A stretch of 64,000 bases of DNA from an uncultured bacterium (GCA_903934015.1 CAIZMI010000021.1:10868-74867); one strand, 5' to 3'. Counted from the first letter of the stretch, positions 16,711 through 28,480 are shown. Numbers and translations are program-made. Notes: generated by a model not told the origin, from the letters alone.

Positions 16711-17625
16711 TTATTGCGCTACTTGTGTTTTTGATAATGAATCAATAGAGACTGATTTCAGATTTGATTTCTGATAGACACCCAAATACTCTCCAGATAC
16801 TGTTTCCCAGCTAAATAGATTGGTTGTGAATTTTTGGAGAGATTTTGCTTTTGCGCGGTATTTCGAATATTTATTTTTCAGTTCTTTTGTGGCATTATCG
16901 ATCGCGAGTGGGGAAGCGTAGGGAATATATAAAGCATTGTTCCGGAAAATATCGCGGTAGGTTTCCGTATTGAACGTAACGATTGGTAAACCCAAGAGTG
17001 CAAATTTTCGAAGTATGTTCGTATCCAAGTCGGTTTTAAGGAGAAAGAAAGCCGCCACGCTTTGAATGGTTGTGAAAGAATCAGCTGATTCAATTTCTTG
17101 TTCGGAGATGGTGCAGAATTTTACGCGTTTCGATTTGAAGCGACGCGTAATGTTGTTGGTTCGTTTTTGATCGGCGATCAAACCGAGACGGGACAAATCC
17201 TTTTTTCCTTGCTTGAAAAATTTCTTGGAAAGTGTTGCACCAAGCGGAACGTATGCGGGAAGGCGTCCGTATTTTTGATAGATTTCATATTGTAAAGTTT
17301 TTTCTGAAGTAACGATTTGGTCGGCAAATTTGATGCCGATGTAGAAACTAAGGCCTCTTGCTTTTTCTAAACCATACAAAGAAAGAATGATTGATGCGTC
17401 GCGGTGAATAAGATGAGATAATGGGATTAGGAAAGAAGAGCGTAGGTCGTGAAAATCATAGACATCGGCCCTCGTTGCAAAAAGAGTCACGAGTGTGGCG
17501 AAAAATCCGCCAGTTTGTAGCGTGGCGTCGTTTCCGCGTTTTCGAAATTGCCACAAAAGTTGTAGCATGGCTTCTTGTTCCTGTGCGGTAGGACGAGGAT
17601 TGTTGATTAAAATGATTTTTGCCAT
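16711..17625 (-). CDS. hypothetical protein, possibly a divergent GT-B-type glycosyltransferase
   Basis: The C-terminal stretch LLGLPIVTFNTETYRDIF..NALYIPYASP..LA.AI resembles the GT1/GT4 C-terminal motif. The assignment is weak. Confidence 0.35.
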   Translation of the reverse strand: MAKIILINNPRPTAQEQEAMLQLLWQFRKRGNDATLQTGGFFATLVTLFATRADVYDFHDLRSSFLIPLSHLIHRDASIILSLYGLEKARGLSFYIGIKFADQIVTSEKTLQYEIYQKYGRLPAYVPLGATLSKKFFKQGKKDLSRLGLIADQKRTNNITRRFKSKRVKFCTISEQEIESADSFTTIQSVAAFFLLKTDLDTNILRKFALLGLPIVTFNTETYRDIFRNNALYIPYASPLAIDNATKELKNKYSKYRAKAKSLQKFTTNLFSWETVSGEYLGVYQKSNLKSVSIDSLSKTQVAQ

Positions 17626-17668
17626 GACAGAGCAAGGTAACAGAAGGTCAAGGTTTTAGTCAATGGAT

Positions 17669-17725
17669 TGGACTTTAAGGGTAACTCCTAAAGTCTCGAC
17701 TTTAGACTTTAGGAGTTACCCTTAA
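17669..17725. promoter_or_regulatory. 23-bp perfect inverted repeat (ctttaagggtaactcctaaagtc ... gactttaggagttacccttaaag) in a divergent intergenic region
   Basis: The palindrome lies between the minus-strand gene ending at 17625 and clpC, which starts at 17778. It is a candidate operator or hairpin. Confidence 0.4.
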
Positions 17726-17777
17726 AGTAATTAATGCCCTTAACACCCGACAGTGGGGGCGGTAAAATAGAGCACAT

Positions 17778-20492
17778 ATGGCACAACTTATTTGCGAAAA
17801 ATGTAAAATTCGCCCTGCGGCGATTACGTTGCTACGCACCGTAAACGGTAAAGAACAGAGAATCAATCTTTGTAATGCTTGTGCAGAAGAAATGCAGGTA
17901 TTTGGTCAGCCTTTTGCCGACTTCGGACAATTTTTTAATGATCCGATGTTGGGCAACAAGCGTATTCCCGGGTGGCAACCTCGTGAAGAAGAACGAGTAA
18001 ATATTTTGGAAATGTTTGCCGATCGCGCGAAAGATGTTTTAGTAAAAGCATCCGCGATGGCGATGGAGAGGGGCGCAAAATATTTAGATACGGAACATTT
18101 GTTAATCGGTGTGGCGCAGGAAGGTGAAGTAGGAGAGAAGCTTCTTAAAGAGTTGGATGTTAAACCGGATGATTTAGTGAATTACTTGAAAGAAAATACC
18201 GCCAAAGGAGAAATGCGGACGACTGAACCGGAGCTTTCGCCACGTGCGAAGCAAGCGTTGGAGCTAGCTTTTCATGCGTCGCGCAATCTTGAACACGATT
18301 ATGTGGGCAGTGAGCATATTTTGCTTGGGTTAATTTTAGAAGCGGAAGGTTTGGCCGCGCAGACCTTAAAAAAATATGGCATTACCGAAACAAAAGCGCG
18401 ACAAGCAATTTTGTCGCTTGTTGGTGCAAAAGGAAAAAAGAAAGGACCCGTTGCGGAAAAAAGCAAGACACCGACACTGGATATTTACTCGCGTGATTTG
18501 TCGCAATTGGCGCGTGAGGGAAAACTTGATCCGGTGATTGGTCGTGCGTCGGAAGTACAGCGCGTGATTCAAATTTTAAGTCGGCGCACAAAAAATAATC
18601 CTGTGTTGATTGGTGAGCCTGGTGTTGGTAAGACGGCGATTGCGGAGGGATTGGCTGCGCGCATCGCATCAAATACAATTCCTGAAGGTTTGCGTGGTAA
18701 AAGAGTGTTGGCCTTGGATTTGCCTGGTATGTTGGCGGGAACAAAATTTCGCGGTGAATTTGAAGAACGCTTAAAAAAATCCGTAGAAGAGATTCAAAAA
18801 GCCAGTAATGAAATTATTTTGTTTATTGATGAATTGCACACAGTAGTTGGAGCGGGTTCGACGGGCGAAGGCGGGGGAATGGATGCGGCAAATATATTAA
18901 AGCCCGCATTAGCGCGTGGTGAACTGCAAGCAATAGGCGCAACGACTCTTAACGAATACCGTAAATACATTGAAAAGGATTCGGCGCTGGAGCGACGTTT
19001 TCAGCCCGTACTTGTTGCAGAACCAAGTGTGGAAGATGCAATAGAGATTTTGCGTGGGCTGAAGGATCGTTATGAGGCACATCATAAGGTGCGAATTACC
19101 GATGAAGCAATTCAGGCGGCATCGGTGTTATCCGAAAAATATATTCGTGACCGTTTTTTGCCTGACAAAGCAATTGATTTGGTGGATGAAGCGGCGGCTA
19201 AAGTGAGACTATCGGCTTTAGAAAAGCCGGATGAAATGACTAATAAGGAAAATAATTTAAAACGTTTGAAACGCGAACGTGCCGCGGCACAGCGTGTTGT
19301 GAATAAAGAGAAAGAAAAAAAACTTGCCGATGAAATTGATAAAATCACCAAAGAAATTACTGAGCTTCAGGCGCAATGGCATTCTAAGAGGGGAGTAACA
19401 GATTTGGAGGTTCGGGCAAGTGATATAGAGCAAATTATCGCTCAGTGGACTGGAATCCCAGTTGAGAAACTGTCTGCGACCGAATTAGACCGTCTTTTGA
19501 AATTGGAAGAGTTGTTGCATCGTCGTGTTATCGGGCAAGAGGAAGCCGTTCGTGTCATTTCAGAAGCGGTACGTCGGGCACGCGCCGGAATGAAAGATCC
19601 GAAACGACCTATTGGATCATTTCTTTTTTTGGGGCCGACGGGTGTAGGCAAAACGGAACTGTCTCGCGCATTAGCTGAGGCCCTATTTGGTGACGAAGAC
19701 GCGATGATTCGCATTGATATGACGGAGTATATGGAAAAACACGCGGTCTCACGTTTGATTGGATCTCCACCAGGATATGTTGGTTATGATGAGGGTGGGC
19801 AACTCACAGAAAAAGTGCGTCGAAAGCCTTACAGTGTGATTTTATTGGATGAAATTGAAAAAGCACATCCGGATGTGATGAATATCTTGTTGCAGGTTTT
19901 GGATGATGGACGTTTAACAGATGGAAAAGGAAAGACGATCGATTTCAAAAATACGATTATTATTGCTACATCCAATATTGGGAGTAAGGAAATTCACACT
20001 GCAACAGCTGAAGAAATACCTTCCGCGGAAAATTGGAACAAACTTAAACAAGCGCTCTTGGAGCATCTTAAAGATGTTTTTCGACCGGAATTTTTAAATC
20101 GTCTGGATGAAATAGTTGTTTTTCATGCTCTTTCTAAAATGCATGTCCAGCAAATTACAGACTTATTATTGCAAGAAGTGGTAAGAAGGATGCACGCGCA
20201 GAGTTTCAATCTATTGGTAAGCAGTGATGTGAGAAATCGGGTGGCTCAGGATGGTTTTGATCCAAGTTTTGGAGCAAGGCCACTTAGGAGGGAAATACAG
20301 CATCGTTTAGAGAATCCATTGGCTACAGCGCTTCTGAAGCAAACTTTCCCGCGTGGTGCAACGATTCGGGCTGTCTTGAGGGGTGACGATGTGGTGTTTG
20401 AAGTCGAAGATGGGATTCAAAAGAAGTCTGAAAAACCGAAGAAAAGCTTGTCTTCACGAGGCGTTTCAATACGGAAGAAATCTCTCGCCTAG
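17778..20492 (+). CDS. clpC: ATP-dependent Clp protease ATP-binding subunit ClpC (N-terminal zinc ribbon, Clp-N repeats, two AAA+ modules)
   Basis: A CxxC...CxxC N-terminus, a Clp R-domain repeat, Walker A motifs GEPGVGKT and GPTGVGKT and a short M-domain identify the ClpC class. Confidence 0.9.
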   Translation: MAQLICEKCKIRPAAITLLRTVNGKEQRINLCNACAEEMQVFGQPFADFGQFFNDPMLGNKRIPGWQPREEERVNILEMFADRAKDVLVKASAMAMERGAKYLDTEHLLIGVAQEGEVGEKLLKELDVKPDDLVNYLKENTAKGEMRTTEPELSPRAKQALELAFHASRNLEHDYVGSEHILLGLILEAEGLAAQTLKKYGITETKARQAILSLVGAKGKKKGPVAEKSKTPTLDIYSRDLSQLAREGKLDPVIGRASEVQRVIQILSRRTKNNPVLIGEPGVGKTAIAEGLAARIASNTIPEGLRGKRVLALDLPGMLAGTKFRGEFEERLKKSVEEIQKASNEIILFIDELHTVVGAGSTGEGGGMDAANILKPALARGELQAIGATTLNEYRKYIEKDSALERRFQPVLVAEPSVEDAIEILRGLKDRYEAHHKVRITDEAIQAASVLSEKYIRDRFLPDKAIDLVDEAAAKVRLSALEKPDEMTNKENNLKRLKRERAAAQRVVNKEKEKKLADEIDKITKEITELQAQWHSKRGVTDLEVRASDIEQIIAQWTGIPVEKLSATELDRLLKLEELLHRRVIGQEEAVRVISEAVRRARAGMKDPKRPIGSFLFLGPTGVGKTELSRALAEALFGDEDAMIRIDMTEYMEKHAVSRLIGSPPGYVGYDEGGQLTEKVRRKPYSVILLDEIEKAHPDVMNILLQVLDDGRLTDGKGKTIDFKNTIIIATSNIGSKEIHTATAEEIPSAENWNKLKQALLEHLKDVFRPEFLNRLDEIVVFHALSKMHVQQITDLLLQEVVRRMHAQSFNLLVSSDVRNRVAQDGFDPSFGARPLRREIQHRLENPLATALLKQTFPRGATIRAVLRGDDVVFEVEDGIQKKSEKPKKSLSSRGVSIRKKSLA

Positions 20493-20619
20493 CGTAGTGG
20501 AGTACCCAAGGGTGCTCTATTTAGGAGGTGATCGGCGCGTTATTTTCTTAATCAGTGCGCGGTTACGTTTTGCCGGTTTGCAAAAAAACAGGCCCTATGT
20601 TACCGTATAAGTCATACAT

Positions 20620-20889
20620 ATGAGTAAAGTTGATACGGAAAAACCAAAGATTATTCAAAAGTATCGTATTCATGATACTGATACCGGTTCTCCGGAGGTT
20701 CAAATTGCGATTTTCACAGAAAAAATCGTGGAATTGACGGAACACTTGAAGACACACAAGAAAGATCAGCACTCACGTCGTGGTTTGTTGGGAATGGTGA
20801 GCAAGCGCAAGCGTTTGTTGACCTATTTACAGCGCGAAGATTTGCCACGATATACGCAAATCATCAAAAAACTAAAGCTTAAAGGATAA
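20620..20889 (+). CDS. rpsO: 30S ribosomal protein S15
   Basis: An 89-aa product contains the S15 signature ([14 protein letters not shown]...[19 protein letters not shown]). It sits immediately upstream of pnp, which is a conserved linkage. Confidence 0.9.
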   Translation: MSKVDTEKPKIIQKYRIHDTDTGSPEVQIAIFTEKIVELTEHLKTHKKDQHSRRGLLGMVSKRKRLLTYLQREDLPRYTQIIKKLKLKG

Positions 20890-21292
20890 GAGGGAACAAC
20901 TGTAGGTTGTTTGGGTTTATTGAGTGATAAGGAAGATCACTGTTTTTTTGAGTTTAATGACTCCCCAAATGTCTAATTACTAATGAAATTTCAAAATGTC
21001 TAAATGCGACGCGTTCCATTAGAAATTGGGAATTAGATATTGGAAATTATTTGTGGTGATGTTGTGTATAGATGAAAAAGGTGATAATCTCGAATAAACC
21101 CTCGTAAATGGTGGAGTACAAAGGGTTCTCCATGCGTTCTCTTATTATTATTTCGATCGGTAATTGAGCGCCCAACTTTTTAGGCGGTCTTCATACACAC
21201 ATGGTTTGCGGGAAATTCCTCAATAAACCTTGTTGCATGACGATCGGTTAAATGAATTGGTAAAACCGGCGAAAAAAGAAAGGTAAAAAATT

Positions 21293-23404
21293 ATGGCGGA
21301 AGCCAAATCAAACGAGTTTAAAAAAACCATCGGTGGTGAAGAGTTTATTTTGACCATTGGCGGATTAGCTCCTCAAACTGACGCATCGGTAACTTGCCAA
21401 ATTGGTGGGACATTTGTGTTGGCAACGGTGGTAATGTCGGGCGAATGTCGTCCAGGTGTTGATTACATGCCGTTGTTGGTGGAATACGAAGAAAAGTATT
21501 ACGCAGCCGGTAAAATCAAGGGTAGTCGTTTTGTGAAGCGTGAAGGTCGTCCAACAGATACGGCAGTAACGACCAGTCGCATGATTGATCGTGCTTTGCG
21601 TCCACTTTTCCCTGATAATATGTTGAATGATGTACAGGTTGTAACAACTGTTTTGTCTTATGATGGGGAACATCAACCAGACGTTCCGGCAATGATTGCC
21701 GCCAGTACGGCTTTGGCAATTTCACGAACCCCGTGGGCTGGTCCGCTCGCTATGGTGCGCGTGGGCAAAATCGACGGTCAATTTGTGATCAATCCAAAAG
21801 TTTCCGACGTTGAGAAGAGCGAATTGGATTTAATCGTCTCCGGCACCAAAGATGAGGTTGTGATGTTGGAAGCGGGAGGCAAAGAAGTTCCGGAAGCTAC
21901 TTTGTTTGAAGCTATTCAGTTTGGTCAAAAAGAAGTTTCTTCCATTGCGGAATTGATTTTGGACATTCAAAAACAATTTGGCGTGGAAAAAAGTGACTAT
22001 ATCAAGTCGGATGTTCCGGCGGAATTGGTTGCGCGTATCAAAGAAGTGGCGCAAGTATCGGCTGAAGTTATCTTTGAAAAAGGTGGTAGAAAAATGGATA
22101 TTGAGAAAGGTTTCTCAGAATTAACTGCGAAAGTGGTTGCTCAATTGGAACTTAAAGATAAGGATGTTTATTCCGCCAAAAAAGCCATTCGCGAAATTTA
22201 TCGCGACATCACCCGTGAGAAGATCCTAAGCGAAGGGAAGCGTATGAATAGTCGCGGATTGGACGAAGTAAGAAAGATTTCCGTTAAGCTTGGCGTTGTG
22301 CCTCGTGCTCACGGTTCCGCCTTGTTTGAACGTGGTGAAACACAAGTCTTGACTATTATTACCCTTGGTTCCCCTGGAGACGCGATGCTTTTGGACACAA
22401 TGACAGATAACGATTTCGAAAAGCGTTATATGCATTTCTACAATTTCCCGGCTTTTTCCGTCCACGAAGTGCGTCCAAATAGGGGTCCCGGTCGTCGGGA
22501 TATCGGTCATGGCGCTTTGGCTGAAAAAGCAATTGAACAATTGATTCCCAATAAAGAACAGTTTGGGTACTCGATTATGGCTGTTTCTGAAGTTTTGTCA
22601 TCGAACGGTAGCAGTTCACAGGCTTCGGCTTGTGGTAGTTCATTGGCACTTATGGATGCCGGTGTGCCGATTTCTTCTACTGTTGCCGGAATTGCAATGG
22701 GTCTAGTTACTGATGAAAAGAATCAGGGTCGTAAGTCAGTCGTACTTTCGGATATTGCTGGCATGGAAGATGAGGGTTGTGATATGGACTTCAAGGTTGC
22801 CGGAACACGTACCGGTATCACGGCAGTACAAGTTGATATAAAGACACATGGTATTTCAATGGAAGTAATCGAACAAGCAATTAAGGGAGCGAAAGTCGCT
22901 CGTTTGAGCATCATAGAAACAATGGAGTCTGTTATTAAAGAGGCGCGCAAAGAAATGTCGCCATTTGCTCCACGTTTGATTACAATCCGTATCAATCCGG
23001 AAAAGATTGGTGATCTTATTGGGCCAAAGGGTAAGAATATCAATAAGATTATCGAAGAGACCGGCGTGCAAATCGATGTCGAGGATGATGGTTTGGTGAC
23101 AATCACTGCCAAAGATCCGGTTGGTATGGAAAAGGCCAAAGTATGGGTTGAAAATTTGACCCATGAGGTAAAAGCCGGCGAACGTTTTGATGGTCGAGTA
23201 ACACGTTTGATGAATTTTGGCGCCTTCGTAGAAGTTTTGCCTGGTATCGAAGGTATGGTGCATATTTCCGAGTTGGCAGATCAGCGTGTGAATCGCGTGG
23301 AAGATGTTGTAAAGGTTGGTGATCGAATTCCTGTCGTTGTGATTGAGATTGATGATAAGGGTCGTATTAACCTTTCGCATAAACGCGCAAAAAAGGTAGA
23401 ATAA
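21293..23404 (+). CDS. pnp: polyribonucleotide nucleotidyltransferase (PNPase)
   Basis: It has two RNase PH domains plus KH and S1 domains (GKNINKIIEETG...; FGAFVEVLPGIEGMVHISE). Confidence 0.95.
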   Translation: MAEAKSNEFKKTIGGEEFILTIGGLAPQTDASVTCQIGGTFVLATVVMSGECRPGVDYMPLLVEYEEKYYAAGKIKGSRFVKREGRPTDTAVTTSRMIDRALRPLFPDNMLNDVQVVTTVLSYDGEHQPDVPAMIAASTALAISRTPWAGPLAMVRVGKIDGQFVINPKVSDVEKSELDLIVSGTKDEVVMLEAGGKEVPEATLFEAIQFGQKEVSSIAELILDIQKQFGVEKSDYIKSDVPAELVARIKEVAQVSAEVIFEKGGRKMDIEKGFSELTAKVVAQLELKDKDVYSAKKAIREIYRDITREKILSEGKRMNSRGLDEVRKISVKLGVVPRAHGSALFERGETQVLTIITLGSPGDAMLLDTMTDNDFEKRYMHFYNFPAFSVHEVRPNRGPGRRDIGHGALAEKAIEQLIPNKEQFGYSIMAVSEVLSSNGSSSQASACGSSLALMDAGVPISSTVAGIAMGLVTDEKNQGRKSVVLSDIAGMEDEGCDMDFKVAGTRTGITAVQVDIKTHGISMEVIEQAIKGAKVARLSIIETMESVIKEARKEMSPFAPRLITIRINPEKIGDLIGPKGKNINKIIEETGVQIDVEDDGLVTITAKDPVGMEKAKVWVENLTHEVKAGERFDGRVTRLMNFGAFVEVLPGIEGMVHISELADQRVNRVEDVVKVGDRIPVVVIEIDDKGRINLSHKRAKKVE

Positions 23405-23439
23405 GAGAGAAGGGGATAATCCCCACACAAATTCACTCA

Positions 23440-25137
23440 ATGAACCAACAACAAAACCAACAACAACCAAATGAATTGCAAAATAAAGCAGAGGCCGCGC
23501 TTTCTGCTTCTTTTGCGATGCCGATAATTCGCACAATGGCCGATGATCTGCTCGAGGTCAGTAAGGGTGTTTCCGTTCCCGTTGTTGCATCCGAGCCACC
23601 GGTTATCGTGATAAAGACAGTACAGCAACCGACAGTTTCAACAAAACCGGCAATCGAATCGGTACCCGCTGTTCCTAAACCAATGGTTTCGCGTTCGGGG
23701 GTGTCTCCCGTTTCCGGTGTCACGCAAAGGCAAATGGCCGGAAATACTGTGGCAATGCCGAGTCCTTTAAAAGAAACCGATAGTAAGTCTTTTGTGATAA
23801 GTATGCTTGTTGGGGTTGGTGTGGCTCTTATTATCGGGGCGGTTGTACTTTCGGGCTATCTTTTTTGGCCAAAGAGGACAAATACGATTGCTGATAAAAT
23901 TCCCGCCGAGACAATTGCGTTTATTAGCGTAAAACGTGGTTCTGGTGCGCTTGAAAAAGCTGTTTTACCGAATATTCTTAAGAGTATGGGATTAAATGAC
24001 GGTTCATTGAATTCAGAATGGAACGAATTAGTTTATGGTGTAATTTCAGGAAGTTCCTCTTCGGAGCCGGTCAGTTATCTTATGACTGATAGTTCCGCAT
24101 CGATAGATGTAAGCGCGAATTCAAATTTGGTATTAAAAAAATTGGCTAACGGTAACAATGTCGTTGTTGATTCTAAAGAAACCGGACGTTTGGATGGTTT
24201 GAGTGGAAATAGTTTGGCCGATACTAACGAATATCGAGCACTGGCAAAACAGTTACCGGTTAGTCCGGAGTATATATTTATTGGGCAAGAGGAAGCGACT
24301 TTGTTTAAGAGTTTTTCGTTGTTATCTTTGGGCGATTCCGGAGCAACGCTTTTTGCCGTAAAACCTTCTGAACAAGGAAGTAATATGCTTCCAGTGGTGC
24401 TTGCGAGAAGTAATAGTGCAGAGTTTGTTAAGAACCAATTGCCTTGGGAGTTGTTGAGTAAGGCGATACCGGCTACTGCTGTCGCTGTTGCGGGGCATGC
24501 TGATGTGGCGAGCGATGTTGATAAATGGCGTTTAAGTAAATCGGATAATCCTCAGATGCAGGAGTTTCTTAACGCATTAACTGCTCAAAGTAGTGCGGTT
24601 GACGCTTTAAAAGCAAATCTTAATGGTAACTATATTGTCGGTTCCTTGGTCACAAATTCACCTGTGCCCGATGGCGTCGCCGTTTTGCCGATAAAAGATG
24701 GAATGACGGCGTTAGTTCAAGCACAGATGACAAGTTTAGAAGAGGCATTGAGGCTACTGGGTCCCTTGGTTGGCGGGGTTGATTATAAAGATGTTCAATT
24801 TTTTGATGGAAATCATCGTGATGTGCCGATAAGGTTTGTAAATTTTGGTGATGCTAGTCGCACGATTGATTACGCGATTGTTGATTCGTTGCTCTTGGTT
24901 TCTACTTCTAAGGGGAGTATGGAACAAATGATTGACGTCTATAAGGGGAGTACGGAAAATTTTGCAATTAGGTTTGCTGAGCAGGCCACAGGCCAAATTG
25001 ATTGGCAGTATCTGCGTTTTGACGAAAATATCGTTGGGCGTTTACCTGTTGCCTTACAGACAATGTTATCCGGTTTTAAATCGACCTATTTCGAACCGAT
25101 TAAAACAGGCGTATACACAGGCAATATCGCGTACTGA
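23440..25137 (+). CDS. hypothetical membrane-anchored protein
   Basis: A Gln-rich N-terminus, a single TM helix (ISMLVGVGVALIIGAVVLSGYLF) and a large extracytoplasmic domain; no recognisable family. Confidence 0.5.
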   Translation: MNQQQNQQQPNELQNKAEAALSASFAMPIIRTMADDLLEVSKGVSVPVVASEPPVIVIKTVQQPTVSTKPAIESVPAVPKPMVSRSGVSPVSGVTQRQMAGNTVAMPSPLKETDSKSFVISMLVGVGVALIIGAVVLSGYLFWPKRTNTIADKIPAETIAFISVKRGSGALEKAVLPNILKSMGLNDGSLNSEWNELVYGVISGSSSSEPVSYLMTDSSASIDVSANSNLVLKKLANGNNVVVDSKETGRLDGLSGNSLADTNEYRALAKQLPVSPEYIFIGQEEATLFKSFSLLSLGDSGATLFAVKPSEQGSNMLPVVLARSNSAEFVKNQLPWELLSKAIPATAVAVAGHADVASDVDKWRLSKSDNPQMQEFLNALTAQSSAVDALKANLNGNYIVGSLVTNSPVPDGVAVLPIKDGMTALVQAQMTSLEEALRLLGPLVGGVDYKDVQFFDGNHRDVPIRFVNFGDASRTIDYAIVDSLLLVSTSKGSMEQMIDVYKGSTENFAIRFAEQATGQIDWQYLRFDENIVGRLPVALQTMLSGFKSTYFEPIKTGVYTGNIAY

Positions 25138-25366
25138 TACGAAGGGGGGAGATGAAATAATCAGGGATTTTCCTTTCGTTCACTCTGAACAGGGTTGAAG
25201 AGCAGGAGAATCCCTGATTATTTTATATTACTTATCTGTTTTTTCTTTCGATGAATTTTATATAAAGGAGTGTGATTTAGATTTGCCGGTTGTATTTGGT
25301 ATATAGTATATGAATTTGAGAAATGTTTACGTACTTCAAATTATTACGCATTTTTAAAGTTGTTAG

Positions 25367-25477
25367 TCATTCCTGCCGAAGACCTCAAATCTTTCGTCAA
25401 GTAATCAATAATCATCTTCTTGTTTTATTAAATAAGGTGTTCGACGTTTGAGTACGGCAGGAATCTGTCGTCGTCGT
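25367..25477 (+). repeat. repeat family B variant (gtcattcctgccg ... cggcaggaatc long hairpin)
   Basis: Terminal inverted arms match the family B stem. It lies in the repeat-rich intergenic region 25140..25860. Confidence 0.55.
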
Positions 25478-25574
25478 ATGGGAGCATCCTTTATGTACAC
25501 TATTACTTCCGCTTGTAACTACTCACTCCAATGAAAGTTGCTCCATATTTCAATCAAACCTTATTCAAATCACC

Positions 25575-25636
25575 CATTCCCGTAACAACGGGAATCCACT
25601 TTTTGGTCCCCCGGAGTCTTTGGGGGTGGTGGTTTT
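25575..25636 (-). repeat. repeat family A composite element (inverted copy)
   Basis: Its reverse complement, ccaccacccccaaagactccgggggacc...ggattcccgttgttacgggaatgg, matches 4181..4250 and 15512..15583. Confidence 0.7.
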
Positions 25637-25861
25637 TCAAGGACTTAATAATCTATTCAAACTTTCATACTGGTGAGTAGTTACATCCTGCATTACACAT
25701 TATTGACAAAACCTGGAAAAGGGAGTAGCGTTATTCGTTAGTTCACGGGAGTGCAGGGCGTGAGGGAGCCTGATCCTTCACAATTGAATATGGGTTAGTT
25801 TCAAGTGGTAGGCTCGTGCTTACCTCAAATTCAAGAGCCGGAAAACGGCAAGGAGTGAAAG

Positions 25862-26296
25862 ATGAGTTTTGATTTTTTCCCAATCTATGTGCTGGTGCAC
25901 ATGTTTGAAGATTGGCCCGTCGGGACCATTATTGGGGTTGTGGTGGTGGCCACCATGGTTTGTATGCTAGCCTTGATTGTGTATGTGGTTGGTAGTTTTC
26001 TTGACTCCTGTTTTTTGAAAACAAAACGGGCAGTTGGTAAAATCGTGGGAAAGGATTTTGTTCCGGCCCACAGCACAATGATCATGATTTTTAACCCCAT
26101 CCTCAAGATGAGTGTGCCACAACTGATACACCACTCTGATGACTGGAGATTGTGCATCGAGGTCGATGGAAAACAGACATGGACGTCTGTTTTGTCCAAT
26201 TATTACGAAAAAGTCACAAGTGGTGACGAAACCACCGTCGACTACGCAACCGGACGGTTCAGTGGGCGCCTATACGTAAAAGCTGTTTATGGATAG
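25862..26296 (+). CDS. hypothetical small membrane protein
   Basis: The ORF has one hydrophobic helix and weak support. Confidence 0.3.
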   Translation: MSFDFFPIYVLVHMFEDWPVGTIIGVVVVATMVCMLALIVYVVGSFLDSCFLKTKRAVGKIVGKDFVPAHSTMIMIFNPILKMSVPQLIHHSDDWRLCIEVDGKQTWTSVLSNYYEKVTSGDETTVDYATGRFSGRLYVKAVYG

Positions 26297-28123
26297 AGCC
26301 GCATGAGGACTCGATAAACTTCATCGTTCAATAAAATCGAACGGTCAAACAGTCTGATGAGAAATCTTCAAGGCTGTTTTTTTTATGAATAAATAAACAT
26401 ATTTATAATAAAGGTCTATATAAATAGGGAGGTAAGTAAATTAAACTAGTAATTTTACGGAGTATCCTTTCGCAAGATACTCCCTAAAACAATGTACTAA
26501 TACAATTAACCTCGCGTAGGGGCAATTCATGAATTGCCCAAAAATAGCACGCCGAAATTTGTATCGATATGTTAATGAAATAAATTTTGTTTTGATTTGA
26601 TATGGAAAAGAAAATGTGCGTCTGGTAAAAAACAACAAGACAATTTTTAAGGTCCGACCCTTGCAATGGTTGGACCTTAAAGTGTCACAACAGGTCGCCA
26701 AAAAATACGTAATAAAATAGGTTACCAAATAAGTAAACGGTATGAACACTATCGTTGTGCAGACAGAACACAAATAGTGTTCAATAGTTAAATATGAGCA
26801 CAAATTGGCTTCAATAATCACTATATTATGATGAAAATTAATGTGTAAAGTATTACAAAAATATCGAGTAATGAGAGAATGAAATCGTGATTGATTATGT
26901 TAAAAAGTGAGCGAATTGTTTGATCTGCCAGCCCATTGAATATGTAATATATTGCTGTTTAAATTGGTAGAAAATTGACTGAAACAAATGCATGATTTAA
27001 ATGAAAATTCGTGACAATATTGTTATAAGATATGGCAATATATTTATTTAATTTTGTCGCGTAATTAGTATATGAAGTAAATAAAAATATGTTGTATATT
27101 CGTGTGCTGAAAAGTTCATTGTTGTGTCCAGTTTTATTGAAATAAGAAAGCTTAATTGATTCATATATTTATATGATTGACGTTGGGAATATATATCCCT
27201 TGTTGCGTATTTGTTGTACTCATTCTGCTCACGAACAGGTGTAACAATGCGATAAGTGATGATTGTATTCTACGCAATAAATCGTTTATGGATGATGTTG
27301 CTAAGTATAGGTAAGCAGTTCTCCTTCAAGGTGGTGCACGCTTGTACTATCTCCGAGTTGGACGTTACAAAAACACTCTTTACTTACAAGCGGTAATAAT
27401 TATTGGTGGAAAATTAATATTCGTGGCTCGCTACGCGTGAAGTGTTGTGGTTGTTACAGTTTGAGCCATTATTTTCCGGACATATTCTTCCTCTGTGGAA
27501 AAGTAGGGAGGTGAATAGTTAATCATTAATCAAATTGTTATTAGGTAAATTAATTCAATTATTAATTTGCGTGCTTAGGTAAGCCAAATTAGTTATTTTT
27601 TATTGAAGGATTGACGAGACCTCTTTTTTCTGCTATGATAAATGGGTAGTAAGTAGTTTGTTCATTCGAAATTGACTTAAATCCATCGGTCGAAGGTGTT
27701 AATGAATTGGAGTCACCTTTCGACCACTAATCTCCCCCTATTAGTGGTCGTAAGGTGTCTCTGAACAAAGTGATGTGCACGCATCCATCAAAAAAACAAA
27801 AACAAACACCTCAAAAAAAGATTGCACTTTTGATCTTTGGAGGAGATAGGTAGGAAAAAGAGTTTTTGGGAGATTAATCTTTTTCTTCACCGGAAGATCG
27901 GAGTCACCGACTTATTCGTTCGTGCAGGAGAATAAGTGAAATCGCTCTAAGCGTCATGAAGTCATGTCCTCCGGGCACTCGTACACAGAATAATTTCTGT
28001 TTAGGAGCGCTCGGACGATGTGCAGACTCTTAGGGCTTAAAGCCCTAGTAGGCACATATTTATTTATTGGCCGTTATCTAGGGCTTTTCCATATCTATTA
28101 AATTTATCCATCATAAAAATCAA

Positions 28124-28480
28124 ATGACATTACCTAAGGAATTTGTCGCCGGTCAAAAAGAAAAATTGCTAGCCGAAAAAATATTGTTGGAATCGGAACT
28201 TAATAAAATTTCCACCAAAGATAATAATTTGGAAGGGAACTTTGATGCCAACTTTCCGGATTACGGCAGATCGCCGGAAGATAACGCGACTGAGGGTGAA
28301 GAATATTCATCGCGGGTGGGAATTGAGAATTCGCTTGAATTAAAATTGCAAGATGTTAATTTGGCGCTGGACAATATAAAAGAAAATAATTATGGCGTGT
28401 GCAATAAGTGTGGTGCAGAGTTGGAACAAGACAGGCTAGTGGTGATGCCATCGGCGACGCGTTGTGTAACTTGTAAGTAA
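28124..28480 (+). CDS. DksA/TraR-family C4 zinc-finger protein
   Basis: The C-terminal motif YGVCNKCGAELEQDRLVVMPSATRCVTC (CxxC-17-CxxC) follows a coiled-coil N-terminus. Confidence 0.75.
   Translation: MTLPKEFVAGQKEKLLAEKILLESELNKISTKDNNLEGNFDANFPDYGRSPEDNATEGEEYSSRVGIENSLELKLQDVNLALDNIKENNYGVCNKCGAELEQDRLVVMPSATRCVTCK

Noticed and set aside
27840-28090. RNase P RNA, tmRNA or SRP RNA in the structured non-coding stretch
   Set aside because: The conserved motifs were not found: the RNase P P4 helix and ACAGAANCCGGCUUA, the tmRNA tRNA-like 3' end GGUUCGA..CCCCC..CCACCA, and SRP GGAAGCAGCC. Only a generic hairpin is present.
26300-28120. Chromosomal replication origin (oriC) in the large ORF-free region
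   Set aside because: Only one approximate DnaA-box-like 9-mer was seen (ttatccatc at about 28106), and no dnaA or dnaN is adjacent. gyrA at 1597 is not flanked by gyrB, so the origin-proximal gene order is not present here.
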